From Microbacterium sp. (GTDB lineage Bacteria; Actinomycetota; Actinomycetes; Actinomycetales; Microbacteriaceae), in assembly GCA_032099965.1 (NCBI GenBank), contig DAMDKH010000004.1, positions 1 to 36,812 of the forward strand: a DNA stretch of 36,812 bases, in the 5' to 3' direction. Shown piece after piece: positions 1-9,308 of this stretch; the stretch's first letter is position 1, and each line of letters begins with the position of its first letter. The notes under the pieces were generated by a model, which ran no database searches, was not told the DNA's origin, and saw only the letters and a list, made by a program, of their open reading frames with translations. The position numbers and the translations under genes were made by a program.

Positions 1-378
1 GCGCCCGCGCCCGTCGCCGAAGCGCCTGCCGAGCCGGCGCCTTCCGGCTCCGCCACCGCCACCGCAGGCATCATCGAGCTGGCCCAGCGCCTGCACGACG
101 AGCACGTCGCCGAGGGTGAGGCGAAGCGCGACCAGCTCATCGCCGACGCCGAGGCCGAGGTCACCCGCATCCGCACCGAGGCGGAGGCCAAGCAGCGCGA
201 GGAGACCACGCGTCTCGAGCGCGAGCGCAACGCCCTCGAGGCCCGCATCACCGAGCTCCGCAACTTCGAGCGCGACTACCGCTCGCAGCTGCGCGGCTAC
301 ATCGAGGGTCAGCTCCGTGACCTCGACGAGAAGTCGGCCTCCACGGACTCGACGCCCGTCTCCGCGATCGGACTGTAG
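1..378 (+). CDS. divIVA: DivIVA/Wag31-family coiled-coil protein, C-terminal part (5' end outside the window)
   Basis: Frame 1 is open from base 1 to TAG at 376-378: APAPVAEAPAEP...GIIELAQRLHDEHVAEGEAKRDQLIADAEAE...LRNFERDYRSQLRGYIEGQLRDL. The FERDYR.L..Y.E.QL tail is typical of actinobacterial DivIVA, and the gene lies upstream of lspA. Confidence 0.8.
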   Translation, partial: APAPVAEAPAEPAPSGSATATAGIIELAQRLHDEHVAEGEAKRDQLIADAEAEVTRIRTEAEAKQREETTRLERERNALEARITELRNFERDYRSQLRGYIEGQLRDLDEKSASTDSTPVSAIGL

Positions 379-388
379 GTCAGAGGTC

Positions 389-1036
389 TTGAACCGACGT
401 CTCCCGATTCGTCGGTCGGCGGCCGGTGCGATCGTTGCGATTCTCGCAGCGATCGTGCTGGCCGCCGATCAGTTTGTGAAGTACCTCACCGTCGAGAACC
501 TGCCGGAGCAGAAGCCGGTGCCGGTTCTCGGTGATTTCCTGCAGCTGTACTACGTTCGCAATCCCGGTGCCGCCTTCTCGCTCGGCTCCGATGTGACGTG
601 GATCTTCACGATCGCGCTGGCCATCGTCGCCGCGGTGATCGTGTGGAAGGCCACGGGACTGCGCTCGCGCCTGTGGGCCGTCGTCCTCGGCTGCCTGCTG
701 GGCGGCGTGCTCGGCAACCTCGGTGACCGGCTCTTCCGCGCGCCTGGTTTCCCGGTGGGCGAGGTCGTCGACATGATCTCGATGCCCTGGATGATGCCGG
801 CCATCTTCAACGTCGCCGACATGTTCATCGTGACGGGGATGATCTCCGTCGCCCTGCTCGTCGTCTTCGGACTGCGGTTCGACGGCACCCGCGAACGAGA
901 TCTCGAGACCGTCGAGACCGAGGCCGAGGCCGAGTCGCGTGCCGCGGCGGAATCGCGTGCCGCGGATGCCCCGGAGACGTCCGTCGCGTCGCACTCCGAC
1001 CGCTCGACGACGCCTCCTCTCGACACCGAGCGCTGA
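389..1036 (+). CDS. lspA: Lipoprotein signal peptidase II
   Basis: Motifs [25 protein letters not shown] and FNVAD. TTG start at 389 follows GAGG (start inferred). Acidic C-terminal tail. Confidence 0.93.
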   Translation: MNRRLPIRRSAAGAIVAILAAIVLAADQFVKYLTVENLPEQKPVPVLGDFLQLYYVRNPGAAFSLGSDVTWIFTIALAIVAAVIVWKATGLRSRLWAVVLGCLLGGVLGNLGDRLFRAPGFPVGEVVDMISMPWMMPAIFNVADMFIVTGMISVALLVVFGLRFDGTRERDLETVETEAEAESRAAAESRAADAPETSVASHSDRSTTPPLDTER

Positions 1037-1037
1037 G

Positions 1038-1970
1038 ATGGAGTTCCGTTCCCTGCCCGTCCCCGACGGCCTCGACGGGACCCGGGTCGACGCGGCGCTC
1101 GCGAAGATGCTCGGCTTCTCACGAACCTTTGCGGCCGAGGTCGCCGCAGCAGGCGGCGTTCGGCTCGACGGCGTCACCCTCGACAAATCCGACCGCCTGC
1201 GCGGCGGGGGCTGGGTCGAGGTCGAGTGGCAGCCGAAGGAGGCGCCGAGCATCGTCCCGATCGCCGTCCCCGAGCTGGGTATCGTCCACGACGACGATGA
1301 CATCGTCGTCGTCGACAAGCCCACGGGGGTGGCGGCCCATCCCTCCCTCGGGTGGGAGGGGCCGACCGTCGTCGGAGCCCTCGCCGCGGCCGGATTCCGG
1401 ATCGCCACCAGCGGAGCGCCCGAACGGCAGGGGGTCGTGCACCGCCTCGACGTCGGCACGAGTGGCCTGATGGTCGTCGCGAAGAGCGAAGCCGCCTACA
1501 CGGCCCTCAAGCGGGCGTTCAAGGAGCGGACGGTCGAGAAGGTCTACCACGCGGTCGTGCAGGGGCATCCCGACCCGCTCGCGGGCACGATCGACGCCCC
1601 GATCGGGCGTCACCCGAACCATTCCTGGAAGTTCGCGGTCATCCCGGACGGCAAGCCCTCGGTCACGCACTACGAGACGATCGAGGCGTTCCCCGGCGCC
1701 TCGTTGCTGGAGATCCATCTCGAGACCGGACGCACGCATCAGATCCGCGTGCACATGGCCGCGCATCGCCATCCCTGCGTCGGCGATCCGCTGTACGGTG
1801 CGGACCCCACGCTGTCGGCCCGCCTCGGCCTCACCCGCCAGTGGCTGCACGCCCACCGCCTGGGTTTCGCGCATCCTGCCTCGGGGGAGTGGGTGCAGTT
1901 CTCCTCGCCGTACCCCTCCGACTTCCAGCACGCTCTCGCCGTGCTGCGCGGAGAGGGCGCCGGGGCCTGA
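1038..1970 (+). CDS. RluA/RluD-family 23S rRNA pseudouridine synthase with N-terminal S4 domain
   Basis: Motifs [35 protein letters not shown] and GDPLYG. ATG is 1 nt after the lspA stop. Confidence 0.93.
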   Translation: MEFRSLPVPDGLDGTRVDAALAKMLGFSRTFAAEVAAAGGVRLDGVTLDKSDRLRGGGWVEVEWQPKEAPSIVPIAVPELGIVHDDDDIVVVDKPTGVAAHPSLGWEGPTVVGALAAAGFRIATSGAPERQGVVHRLDVGTSGLMVVAKSEAAYTALKRAFKERTVEKVYHAVVQGHPDPLAGTIDAPIGRHPNHSWKFAVIPDGKPSVTHYETIEAFPGASLLEIHLETGRTHQIRVHMAAHRHPCVGDPLYGADPTLSARLGLTRQWLHAHRLGFAHPASGEWVQFSSPYPSDFQHALAVLRGEGAGA

Positions 1971-1994
1971 TCGGACCGGACGGCCCCTCCCGGA

Positions 1995-2016
1995 TGTCGG
2001 AGGGGTGCACCAGACT
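1995..2016 (+). promoter_or_regulatory. PafBC/RecA-NDp-like promoter, leaderless, for the GNAT gene
   Basis: TGTCGG(1995-2000)-N10-CAGACT(2011-2016)-6 nt-ATG(2023). Confidence 0.6.
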
Positions 2017-2022
2017 GGGCGC

Positions 2023-2595
2023 ATGGACATCGAGGTTCGGCCGGCGACGGTCTTCGACGACGTCGCGGCTCTCGTGGGACCGAAGAAGCCGACGTCGAAC
2101 GTGTGCTTCTGCCTGAGCTACCGGATCGGCAGCAAGGAGAACACGACGCTGCGGGAGCCGGCGCGCGCCGAGCGGGTTCGCGAGCTCTGCCGCCACGACC
2201 CGCCGCCCGGCGTCATCGCGTACCTCGACGACGATCCGGTCGGATGGGCCGCTCTGCACCCGCGACGCGACACGAGCTTCGCGCGGAACCGTCTCATCCC
2301 TCATGTGGACGATCTCGACGTCTGGTCGCTGTGGTGTATCCGGATCCGCCCCGGCCACCGTCGGCAGGGCATCTCCCACGCCCTGGTCGCCGGCGCGGTC
2401 GAGTACGCCCGCGATCGCGGGGCTCCGGCGGTCGAGGCGTACCCGGTCGACAACCGCGGCGCCCGGGTGAACCAGACGATGGCGTATGTCGGGACCCGCT
2501 CCCTCTTCGAGAGGGCGGGCTTCCACAAGGCGGCCGACACCGGGTCGGTCCTCGACGGGTTTCCGCGCGTGCTCATGAGGCTCGACCTGCGCTGA
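2023..2595 (+). CDS. GNAT-family N-acetyltransferase (CxC-containing)
   Basis: VCFCLSYR, PVGWAAL, acetyl-CoA motif A IRPGHRRQGISHALV, VEAYPVD, SLFERAGF. Confidence 0.85.
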   Translation: MDIEVRPATVFDDVAALVGPKKPTSNVCFCLSYRIGSKENTTLREPARAERVRELCRHDPPPGVIAYLDDDPVGWAALHPRRDTSFARNRLIPHVDDLDVWSLWCIRIRPGHRRQGISHALVAGAVEYARDRGAPAVEAYPVDNRGARVNQTMAYVGTRSLFERAGFHKAADTGSVLDGFPRVLMRLDLR

Positions 2596-2620
2596 CCGCG
2601 ACACCCGTCGAGGCCGCGGA

Positions 2621-2642
2621 TGTCGGATGCCGAAAGTAGACT
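2621..2642 (+). promoter_or_regulatory. PafBC/RecA-NDp-like promoter, leaderless, for dnaE
   Basis: TGTCGG(2621-2626)-N10-TAGACT(2637-2642)-7 nt-ATG(2650). Exact match to TGTCGG-N10-TANNNT. Confidence 0.7.
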
Positions 2643-2649
2643 CGAACCC

Positions 2650-5600
2650 ATGGCATCCGACTCCTTCGTCCATTTGCACGTGCACAGCGAGTACTCGATG
2701 CTGGATGGCGCGGCGAAGATCAACGCGATGACGCAGGCGGCGGCCGAGTACGGGATGCCGGCGATCGCGGTGACCGACCACGGCAACACCTTCGCGGCGT
2801 TCGAGTTCTACAACGCGGCGAACAACGCGGGTGTCAAGCCGATCGTGGGCCTCGAGGCCTACGTCACCCCCGGCACGCACCGGAGCGACAAGACGCGGGT
2901 GCAGTGGGGGTCGGCCGACCAGAAGAGCGACGACGTGTCCGGCTCCGGGGCCTACACGCACATGACGATGTGGAGCCAGAGCACGGAGGGCATGCACAAC
3001 CTCTTCCGGCTGAGCTCGCGCTCGAGCATGGAGGGGTACTACTTCAAGCCCCGCATGGACCGCGAGCTGCTGCAGACCTACGGCAAGGGCCTCATCGCCA
3101 CGACCGGATGCCCCTCGGGAGAGGTGCAGACGCGTCTCCGGCTCGGACAGTACGACGCGGCGCGCGCCGCCGCCGCCGAGTTCCAGGACATCTTCGGCAA
3201 GGAGAACTACTTCGCCGAGATCATGGACCACGGGCTCTCCATCGAGCGCCGGGTCATGACCGACCTCCTGCGCCTCGCGAAAGACCTGAGCATCCCGCTC
3301 GTCGCGACCAACGACTCGCATTACACCCATCAGCACGAGGCCGACGCTCACGCCGCCCTGCTCTGCGTGCAGTCGGGCTCGACGCTCGACGATCCCAATC
3401 GGTTCAAGTTCGACGGCGACGGCTACTACATCAAGACCGCCGCCGAGATGCGGCAGCTGTTCCGCGACCACCCCGAGGCCTGCGACAACACGCTGCTCAT
3501 CGCCGAGCGCTGCGAGGTCGAGTTCAACACCTCCGCGAACTACATGCCGCGCTTCCCCGTGCCGGACGGTGAGACCGAAGACAGCTGGCTCATCAAGGAG
3601 GTCGAGAACGGACTGCACTACCGCTACCCGGGCGGTATCCCCGACCGGGTGCGCAAGCAGGCCGAGTACGAGACCGGCATCATCCTGCAGATGGGCTTCC
3701 CGGGATACTTCCTCGTGGTCGCGGACTTCATCAACTGGGCGAAGGACAACGGCATCCGCGTCGGTCCCGGCCGTGGATCCGGCGCCGGGTCGATGGTGGC
3801 CTACGCCATGAAGATCACCGATCTCGACCCGCTGGAGCACGGCCTCATCTTCGAGCGCTTCCTCAACCCCGATCGCGTGTCGATGCCCGACTTCGACGTC
3901 GACTTCGACGACCGTCGTCGCGGCGAGGTCATCGACTACGTCACGGCGAAGTACGGGTCCGAGCGCGTCGCCCAGATCGTCACCTACGGCACGATCAAGT
4001 CGAAGCAGGCCCTGAAGGACGCCGGCCGCGTGCTCGGCTTCCCGTTCAGCATGGGCGAGCGCCTCACCAAGGCCATGCCGCCTCCCGTCATGGGCAAGGA
4101 CATGCCCCTCGACGGCATGTTCGACTCGGCGCACCCGCGGTACAAGGAGGCCAGCGAGTTCCGGGCCCTCATCGAGACCGATCCCGAGGCGAAGACGGTG
4201 TTCGACCGCGCGCTCGGCCTCGAAGGCCTGAAGCGGCAGTGGGGCGTGCACGCGGCCGGCGTCATCATGTCGTCCGAACCGCTGCTCGACATCATCCCCA
4301 TCATGCGCCGCGAGCAGGACGGCCAGATCGTCACCCAGTTCGACTACCCGTCGTGCGAGTCGCTCGGGCTGATCAAGATGGACTTCCTCGGGCTCCGCAA
4401 CCTGACGATCATCTCCGACGCACTCGACAACATCCGCTCGAACCGGGGCGAGGAGCTCGACCTCGAGCACCTCGAACTCGACGATCGCGGCGCCTACGAC
4501 CTGCTGTCACGCGGAGACACCCTCGGCGTCTTCCAGCTCGACGGCGGGCCGATGCGCTCTTTGCTCCGTCTCATGAAACCCGACAACTTCGAAGACATCT
4601 CGGCTGTCATCGCGCTGTACCGCCCCGGTCCCATGGGAGCGAACTCGCACACGAACTACGCCCTGCGCAAGAACGGGCAGCAGCCGATCACACCGATCCA
4701 CCCCGAGCTCGAAGAGCCGCTGCGCGACATCCTCGACACGACCTACGGCCTGATCATCTATCAGGAGCAGGTCATGGCGATCGCTCAGAAGGTGGCCGGG
4801 TTCAGTCTCGGTCAGGCCGATATCCTCCGGCGCGCGATGGGCAAGAAGAAGAAGTCCGAGCTCGACAAGCAGTACGAGGGCTTCGCGGGCGGAATGAAGG
4901 AGAGGGGCTTCGGCGAGGGGGCGATCAAGGCGCTGTGGGACATCCTGCTGCCCTTCTCGGACTACGCGTTCAACAAAGCGCACTCGGCGGCCTACGGCCT
5001 CGTCTCCTACTGGACGGCCTACCTCAAGGCGCACTATCCCGCCGAGTACATGGCCGCGCTCCTGACCAGCGTCGGCGACTCGAAAGACAAGATGGCGCTC
5101 TACCTCAACGAGTGCCGGCGCATGGGCATCCGCGTCCTGCCGCCCGACGTCTCGGAGTCGATCAACTTCTTCGCGGCCGTCGGTGACGACATCCGCTTCG
5201 GTCTGGGCGCGGTGCGCAACGTCGGCAGCAACGTCGTCGACGGCATCGTGCAGGCCCGCAAGGACGAGCGGTTCAGCTCGTTCCATCACTTCCTCGACAA
5301 GGTGCCGCTGCACGTCGCGAACAAGCGCACCGTGGAGTCGCTCATCAAGGCCGGGGCGTTCGACTCGATGGGCGACACACGACGCGCCCTCGTCGAGATC
5401 CACGAGGATGCCGTCGAAGCGGCGGTCGACCGCAAGCGCAACGAGGCACAGGGGGCGATCGGCTTCGACTTCGACAGTCTCTACGACGGCATGGAGGAGA
5501 CCGCGCCGGCGAAGGTGCCCGCTCGACCCGAGTGGATCAAGAAGGACAAGCTGGCCTTCGAGCGGGAGATGCTGGGACTCTATGTCTCCGACCATCCGCT

Positions 5601-6168
5601 GGCGGGCCTGGAGGTGCCGCTGGCCAAGCACGCGTCGATCTCGATCCACGACCTGAACAACTCCGAGGACCTGCAGGACGGCGACCAGGTGACAGTGGCC
5701 GGTCTCGTGACGAGCGTGCAGCATCGCGTCGCCAAGGCGAGCGGCAACCCCTACGGCATGATCACGGTCGAGGACTTCAACGGCGAGGTGACGGTCATGT
5801 TCATGGGCAAGACCTACACCGAGTTCCAGCACATCCTCCAGCAGGACTCGATCCTCGCCGTGCGGGGCCGCGTGTCCCGCCGTGACGACGGTCTCAATCT
5901 GCATGCGCAGTCCGCATTCGCCCCCGACGTCGGCTCCTTCGACGCCGCCGGACCGCTCGCGCTGGTGCTCGCGGAGCAGCGTGCGACGGAGCGGGTGATG
6001 CACGACCTCGCCGACGTGCTCCGCCGTCACTCGGGCGAGACCGAAGTCCTGCTTCGCGTGCATCGGGGCGGCACCGCGAAGGTGTTCGAGGTTCCGATGC
6101 CGGTGAAGGTGTCGGCCGATCTGTTCGGCGACCTCAAGTCGCTTCTCGGACCGAGCTGTCTGGGGTGA
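2650..6168 (+). CDS. dnaE: DNA polymerase III alpha subunit (DnaE1 type)
   Basis: PHP domain HLHVHSEYSMLDG/TDHG/TNDSHY, GPGRGSGAGS, catalytic PDFDVDF, KMDFLGL, YAFNKAH and a C-terminal OB fold. No intein seen. Confidence 0.97.
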   Translation: MASDSFVHLHVHSEYSMLDGAAKINAMTQAAAEYGMPAIAVTDHGNTFAAFEFYNAANNAGVKPIVGLEAYVTPGTHRSDKTRVQWGSADQKSDDVSGSGAYTHMTMWSQSTEGMHNLFRLSSRSSMEGYYFKPRMDRELLQTYGKGLIATTGCPSGEVQTRLRLGQYDAARAAAAEFQDIFGKENYFAEIMDHGLSIERRVMTDLLRLAKDLSIPLVATNDSHYTHQHEADAHAALLCVQSGSTLDDPNRFKFDGDGYYIKTAAEMRQLFRDHPEACDNTLLIAERCEVEFNTSANYMPRFPVPDGETEDSWLIKEVENGLHYRYPGGIPDRVRKQAEYETGIILQMGFPGYFLVVADFINWAKDNGIRVGPGRGSGAGSMVAYAMKITDLDPLEHGLIFERFLNPDRVSMPDFDVDFDDRRRGEVIDYVTAKYGSERVAQIVTYGTIKSKQALKDAGRVLGFPFSMGERLTKAMPPPVMGKDMPLDGMFDSAHPRYKEASEFRALIETDPEAKTVFDRALGLEGLKRQWGVHAAGVIMSSEPLLDIIPIMRREQDGQIVTQFDYPSCESLGLIKMDFLGLRNLTIISDALDNIRSNRGEELDLEHLELDDRGAYDLLSRGDTLGVFQLDGGPMRSLLRLMKPDNFEDISAVIALYRPGPMGANSHTNYALRKNGQQPITPIHPELEEPLRDILDTTYGLIIYQEQVMAIAQKVAGFSLGQADILRRAMGKKKKSELDKQYEGFAGGMKERGFGEGAIKALWDILLPFSDYAFNKAHSAAYGLVSYWTAYLKAHYPAEYMAALLTSVGDSKDKMALYLNECRRMGIRVLPPDVSESINFFAAVGDDIRFGLGAVRNVGSNVVDGIVQARKDERFSSFHHFLDKVPLHVANKRTVESLIKAGAFDSMGDTRRALVEIHEDAVEAAVDRKRNEAQGAIGFDFDSLYDGMEETAPAKVPARPEWIKKDKLAFEREMLGLYVSDHPLAGLEVPLAKHASISIHDLNNSEDLQDGDQVTVAGLVTSVQHRVAKASGNPYGMITVEDFNGEVTVMFMGKTYTEFQHILQQDSILAVRGRVSRRDDGLNLHAQSAFAPDVGSFDAAGPLALVLAEQRATERVMHDLADVLRRHSGETEVLLRVHRGGTAKVFEVPMPVKVSADLFGDLKSLLGPSCLG

Positions 6169-6233
6169 GCGGGTAGGATCGGGACGCGTCGGAAGCGCAT
6201 CCCCCTGTGCGTGTCGAGACGAAAGGAACACCC

Positions 6234-7511
6234 ATGAGCACCGATCACCCGGAGAGCGCAGGCGTGGAGGACGAGGAGTTCCTCGACGACGACGGCGTGC
6301 TCTACGACGATGACGTGACGCCGGAGCCCGGCATCCTCGGATTCACCCTGCGGGAGTTGCTGATCGTGGCCGTCTGGGCCGTGGCCTTCATCGTCTCGTT
6401 CTTCCCGCTCGTCACGGGCGAGGCGCTGTGGGCCCAGGGGATCCAATGGATCCTGCCGATCGGAGTGCCGACGGCCGCCGTCTTCCTCATCGTGCTGCGT
6501 CGCTTCTCCCCGGACGGCATCCGCCGGGTGGGCTCGCTCGGCATCGATCAGTTCGCCTCCGTCGCCTTCTCCGTCTCCGCGGTGACCTGGCTGGGTGCGC
6601 TGTGGGCGGCCGTCGCGGCCTCGATCGAGTTCGGTGTCTGGACGCTGAACTGGGTCGGGGTGGTCGAGCTCCTCGCCAGCCTCGCGCTCGTCGCGCTCAC
6701 CGTCTTCGCCCCGCTGATCCCGCGCCTCAAGGAGGACTTCCACGGTCGCCTGGTGACACTTGCTCACCGCAACGCGAACCCCGTCCGACCGGTCGTCTCC
6801 CGTCCGCGTGCCACGGCGTCGCCCGCCGTCGACGAGGCTTTCGACCGCGACGCGGCGCCGGCCGGCGGCACGGCCGCCTTCGCGGAGCCCGAGCTCTCGG
6901 GTGGTGCCGTGCAGACGCCGCCCGCGGCCCGCACGCCGGAAACCGATGACGCCGTCACCGCCTCGTTCCTGACCGACGAGGTGGCCCGGCTCGACCTGCC
7001 TGACCGGGTCCCGCTCTCCGCGCACGCGTCGGGCGGCGGCACCGGCACCGAGAACGCCGTGACCGACCCCGCAACCCCGAGCGCCGATGTCCCGCAGTAC
7101 TCCCGACGCTCCCGCTCCGAAGAGATCCTCTCCACGACGGGCGAGATCGAGTCCTTCCTGGGGCAGAACGGGTTCGACGACCCGGCCAGCGCCTACACCG
7201 GCGCGGAAGCCGGCGAGCCCCTCGTCGACGACCGGGAGTCCGACCCGTATCAGGTGCCTGTGGACGACGGCTCACCGGTCGTCGATCGTTCCGGCGGGTC
7301 CGACGCGTTCCCGCCTCCGGCGGCGCAGCCGTTCTGGATCCTCGCACCGACCGAGCGCGCGGTGCACGACGAACGCGGCGAGCCGATCTTCGTCATCGGA
7401 CCGAACGCCTGGGCCCTCGTGATCGAGGACCGCGGTGGCGCCTTCGTGGTGCGCCATGACGACGGGCGCATCGGTTACCTGCACGACATCTCGGACATCA
7501 CGAAGGGCTGA
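6234..7511 (+). CDS. Hypothetical membrane protein: acidic N-terminus, about 4-5 TM helices, long low-complexity linker, small beta-rich C-terminal domain
   Basis: SD AAAGGA before ATG 6234, hydrophobic segments in the N-terminal half, TGATG overlap with hisD, and a -10 TAGGAT at about 6174. Confidence 0.75.
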   Translation: MSTDHPESAGVEDEEFLDDDGVLYDDDVTPEPGILGFTLRELLIVAVWAVAFIVSFFPLVTGEALWAQGIQWILPIGVPTAAVFLIVLRRFSPDGIRRVGSLGIDQFASVAFSVSAVTWLGALWAAVAASIEFGVWTLNWVGVVELLASLALVALTVFAPLIPRLKEDFHGRLVTLAHRNANPVRPVVSRPRATASPAVDEAFDRDAAPAGGTAAFAEPELSGGAVQTPPAARTPETDDAVTASFLTDEVARLDLPDRVPLSAHASGGGTGTENAVTDPATPSADVPQYSRRSRSEEILSTTGEIESFLGQNGFDDPASAYTGAEAGEPLVDDRESDPYQVPVDDGSPVVDRSGGSDAFPPPAAQPFWILAPTERAVHDERGEPIFVIGPNAWALVIEDRGGAFVVRHDDGRIGYLHDISDITKG

Positions 7512-8818
7512 TGGTGCGAACGATCGATCTGCGAGGGCGCGAGCTCTCGCCGGCAGACATGCTCGCGGCGGTTCCGCGTGCGACCCAGGCGCGTGCCGAG
7601 GCCCTCGACACCGCGGTGCGGCTCGTCGACGACGTCCGCGTGCAGGGCGAGGCGGCTCTGCGTTCCCAGGCGGAGCGCTTCGACCGCGTGACGGGGCACG
7701 ACCTCCGTGTGCCGGCCGAGCACCTGACGGAAGCGCTGGCGGATCTCGCCCCGGAGGTCCGCGAGGCACTCGAGGAGGCGATCCGTCGCGTGCGGCTGGC
7801 GTCGCAGGCACAGGTTCCCGCCCCCCAGGTGACCGAGATCGGCCCCGGCGCTCGCATCCTGCAGCGGTGGCAGCCCGTCGGGCGCGTCGGTGTGTACATC
7901 CCCGGCGGCAAGGCGGTCTATCCGTCGAGCGTGATCATGAACGTGGTGCCGGCGCAGGTCGCGGGTGTCGAGCAGATCGCGCTCGCCTCCCCGCCCCAGG
8001 CGGACCAGGGTGGGCGCATCCACCCGACGATCCTCGCCGCGGCGGCGCTGCTCGGGGTCGACGAGGTCTACGCGATGGGAGGCGCCGGAGCCATCGGGGC
8101 CTTCGCCTGGGGAGTCGCCGGAATCGGTCTCGACCCGGTCGACGTCGTCTCCGGCCCCGGGAACAACTACGTCGCGTCGGCGAAGCGCGCCGTCGCCGGC
8201 GTCGTCGGCACGGACTCCGAGGCGGGTGCCACCGAGATCCTCGTCGTCGCCGACGCCGAGGCCGACGCCCGACTCGTCGCCGCCGACCTCGTCAGCCAGG
8301 CCGAGCACGACGAGCAGGCCTCGGCCGTGCTCGTCACCGACTCGGAGGAGCTCGCCCGCCGCGTGGCGGTCGCGGTGCAGGAGCTGCAGGAGCGCACGCG
8401 CCACAGCGCGCGGGTCGCGGCGGCCCTCGACGGACCGCAGTCCGCCATCGTCCTGGTCGACGACCGCGCGATGGGCGTGGCCTTCAGCAACGCCTACGCA
8501 CCAGAGCACCTCGAGCTGCACCTAGTCGACGCGGAAGACGCCGCTGCGGACTTCACCAGCGCCGGGGCCGTGTTCGTCGGCGATCAGACGCCCGTCAGTC
8601 TCGGCGACTACATGGCGGGCAGCAACCACGTGCTCCCCACCGGCGGACAGGCCCGGTACGCCCCGGGTCTGGGTTCGTACACGTTCCTGCGTCCGCAGCA
8701 GGTGATCTCCTACGATCGGGAGGCCCTCGCGGAGGTGCGACGCGGCGTGGTCGCCCTCGCCGAGAGCGAGGTTCTCCCCGCCCACGGCGAGGCGATCGAG
8801 GCCCGGTTCACCGGGTAG
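7511..8818 (+). CDS. hisD: Histidinol dehydrogenase
   Basis: YIPGGKAVYPSSVIMN, GPGNNYV, SQAEHD, APEHLEL, GDYMAGSNHVLPT, HGEAI. Confidence 0.96.
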   Translation: MVRTIDLRGRELSPADMLAAVPRATQARAEALDTAVRLVDDVRVQGEAALRSQAERFDRVTGHDLRVPAEHLTEALADLAPEVREALEEAIRRVRLASQAQVPAPQVTEIGPGARILQRWQPVGRVGVYIPGGKAVYPSSVIMNVVPAQVAGVEQIALASPPQADQGGRIHPTILAAAALLGVDEVYAMGGAGAIGAFAWGVAGIGLDPVDVVSGPGNNYVASAKRAVAGVVGTDSEAGATEILVVADAEADARLVAADLVSQAEHDEQASAVLVTDSEELARRVAVAVQELQERTRHSARVAAALDGPQSAIVLVDDRAMGVAFSNAYAPEHLELHLVDAEDAAADFTSAGAVFVGDQTPVSLGDYMAGSNHVLPTGGQARYAPGLGSYTFLRPQQVISYDREALAEVRRGVVALAESEVLPAHGEAIEARFTG

Positions 8819-8827
8819 GTTTGACGG

Positions 8828-9298
8828 ATGCACTGCCCCTTCTGCCGTCACCCCGATTCGCGTGTGATCGACTCGCGCACCAGCGACGACGGACTCTCCA
8901 TCCGACGTCGTCGCCAGTGCCCCGAGTGCGGCGGGCGCTTCACCACGACCGAGACCGCGAGCCTCAGCGTGATCAAGCGCTCCGGTGTCATGGAGCCCTT
9001 CAGCAGGGACAAGGTCATCTCCGGGGTGCGCAAGGCCTGTCAGGGGCGGCCCGTGACGGAGGCGGATCTGGCGGTGCTGGCGCAACGGGTCGAAGAGGCG
9101 GTGCGCCAGACCGGTGTGTCGCAGCTGGACACGAACGAGATCGGACTCGCGATCCTCGGTCCGCTGCGTGATCTCGACGAGGTGGCCTTCCTCCGGTTCG
9201 CGAGCGTCTACCAGGCGTTCGATTCGCTCGAGGATTTCGAGTCGGCGATCACCGACCTCCGCGCCGATCACGAGAATCGCGCGGCCGCCGACAGGTAA
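8828..9298 (+). CDS. nrdR: Transcriptional repressor NrdR
   Basis: MHCPFC...VIDSR...[16 protein letters not shown] zinc ribbon, plus an ATP cone ending [10 protein letters not shown]. Confidence 0.97.
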   Translation: MHCPFCRHPDSRVIDSRTSDDGLSIRRRRQCPECGGRFTTTETASLSVIKRSGVMEPFSRDKVISGVRKACQGRPVTEADLAVLAQRVEEAVRQTGVSQLDTNEIGLAILGPLRDLDEVAFLRFASVYQAFDSLEDFESAITDLRADHENRAAADR

Positions 9299-9308
9299 CC
9301 TGGCAGGG

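Noticed and set aside
116..388. ORF-track N-terminal extensions (e.g. lspA from 116, dipeptidase from 10726, qcrC from 21893, coaE from 26666)
   Set aside because: They overlap neighbouring real genes. The downstream starts are supported by homology motifs and SD or -10 spacing.
2650..6168. Possible intein or frameshift in dnaE
   Set aside because: Length (about 1170 aa) and motif spacing are normal, and no intein or homing-endonuclease motifs were seen.
8215..8240. HisD motif reads AGATE rather than the usual AGP(S/T)E
   Set aside because: All other catalytic and metal motifs (SQAEHD, EH, GDY, NHVLPT, C-terminal H) are intact, so this is most likely a lineage variant.
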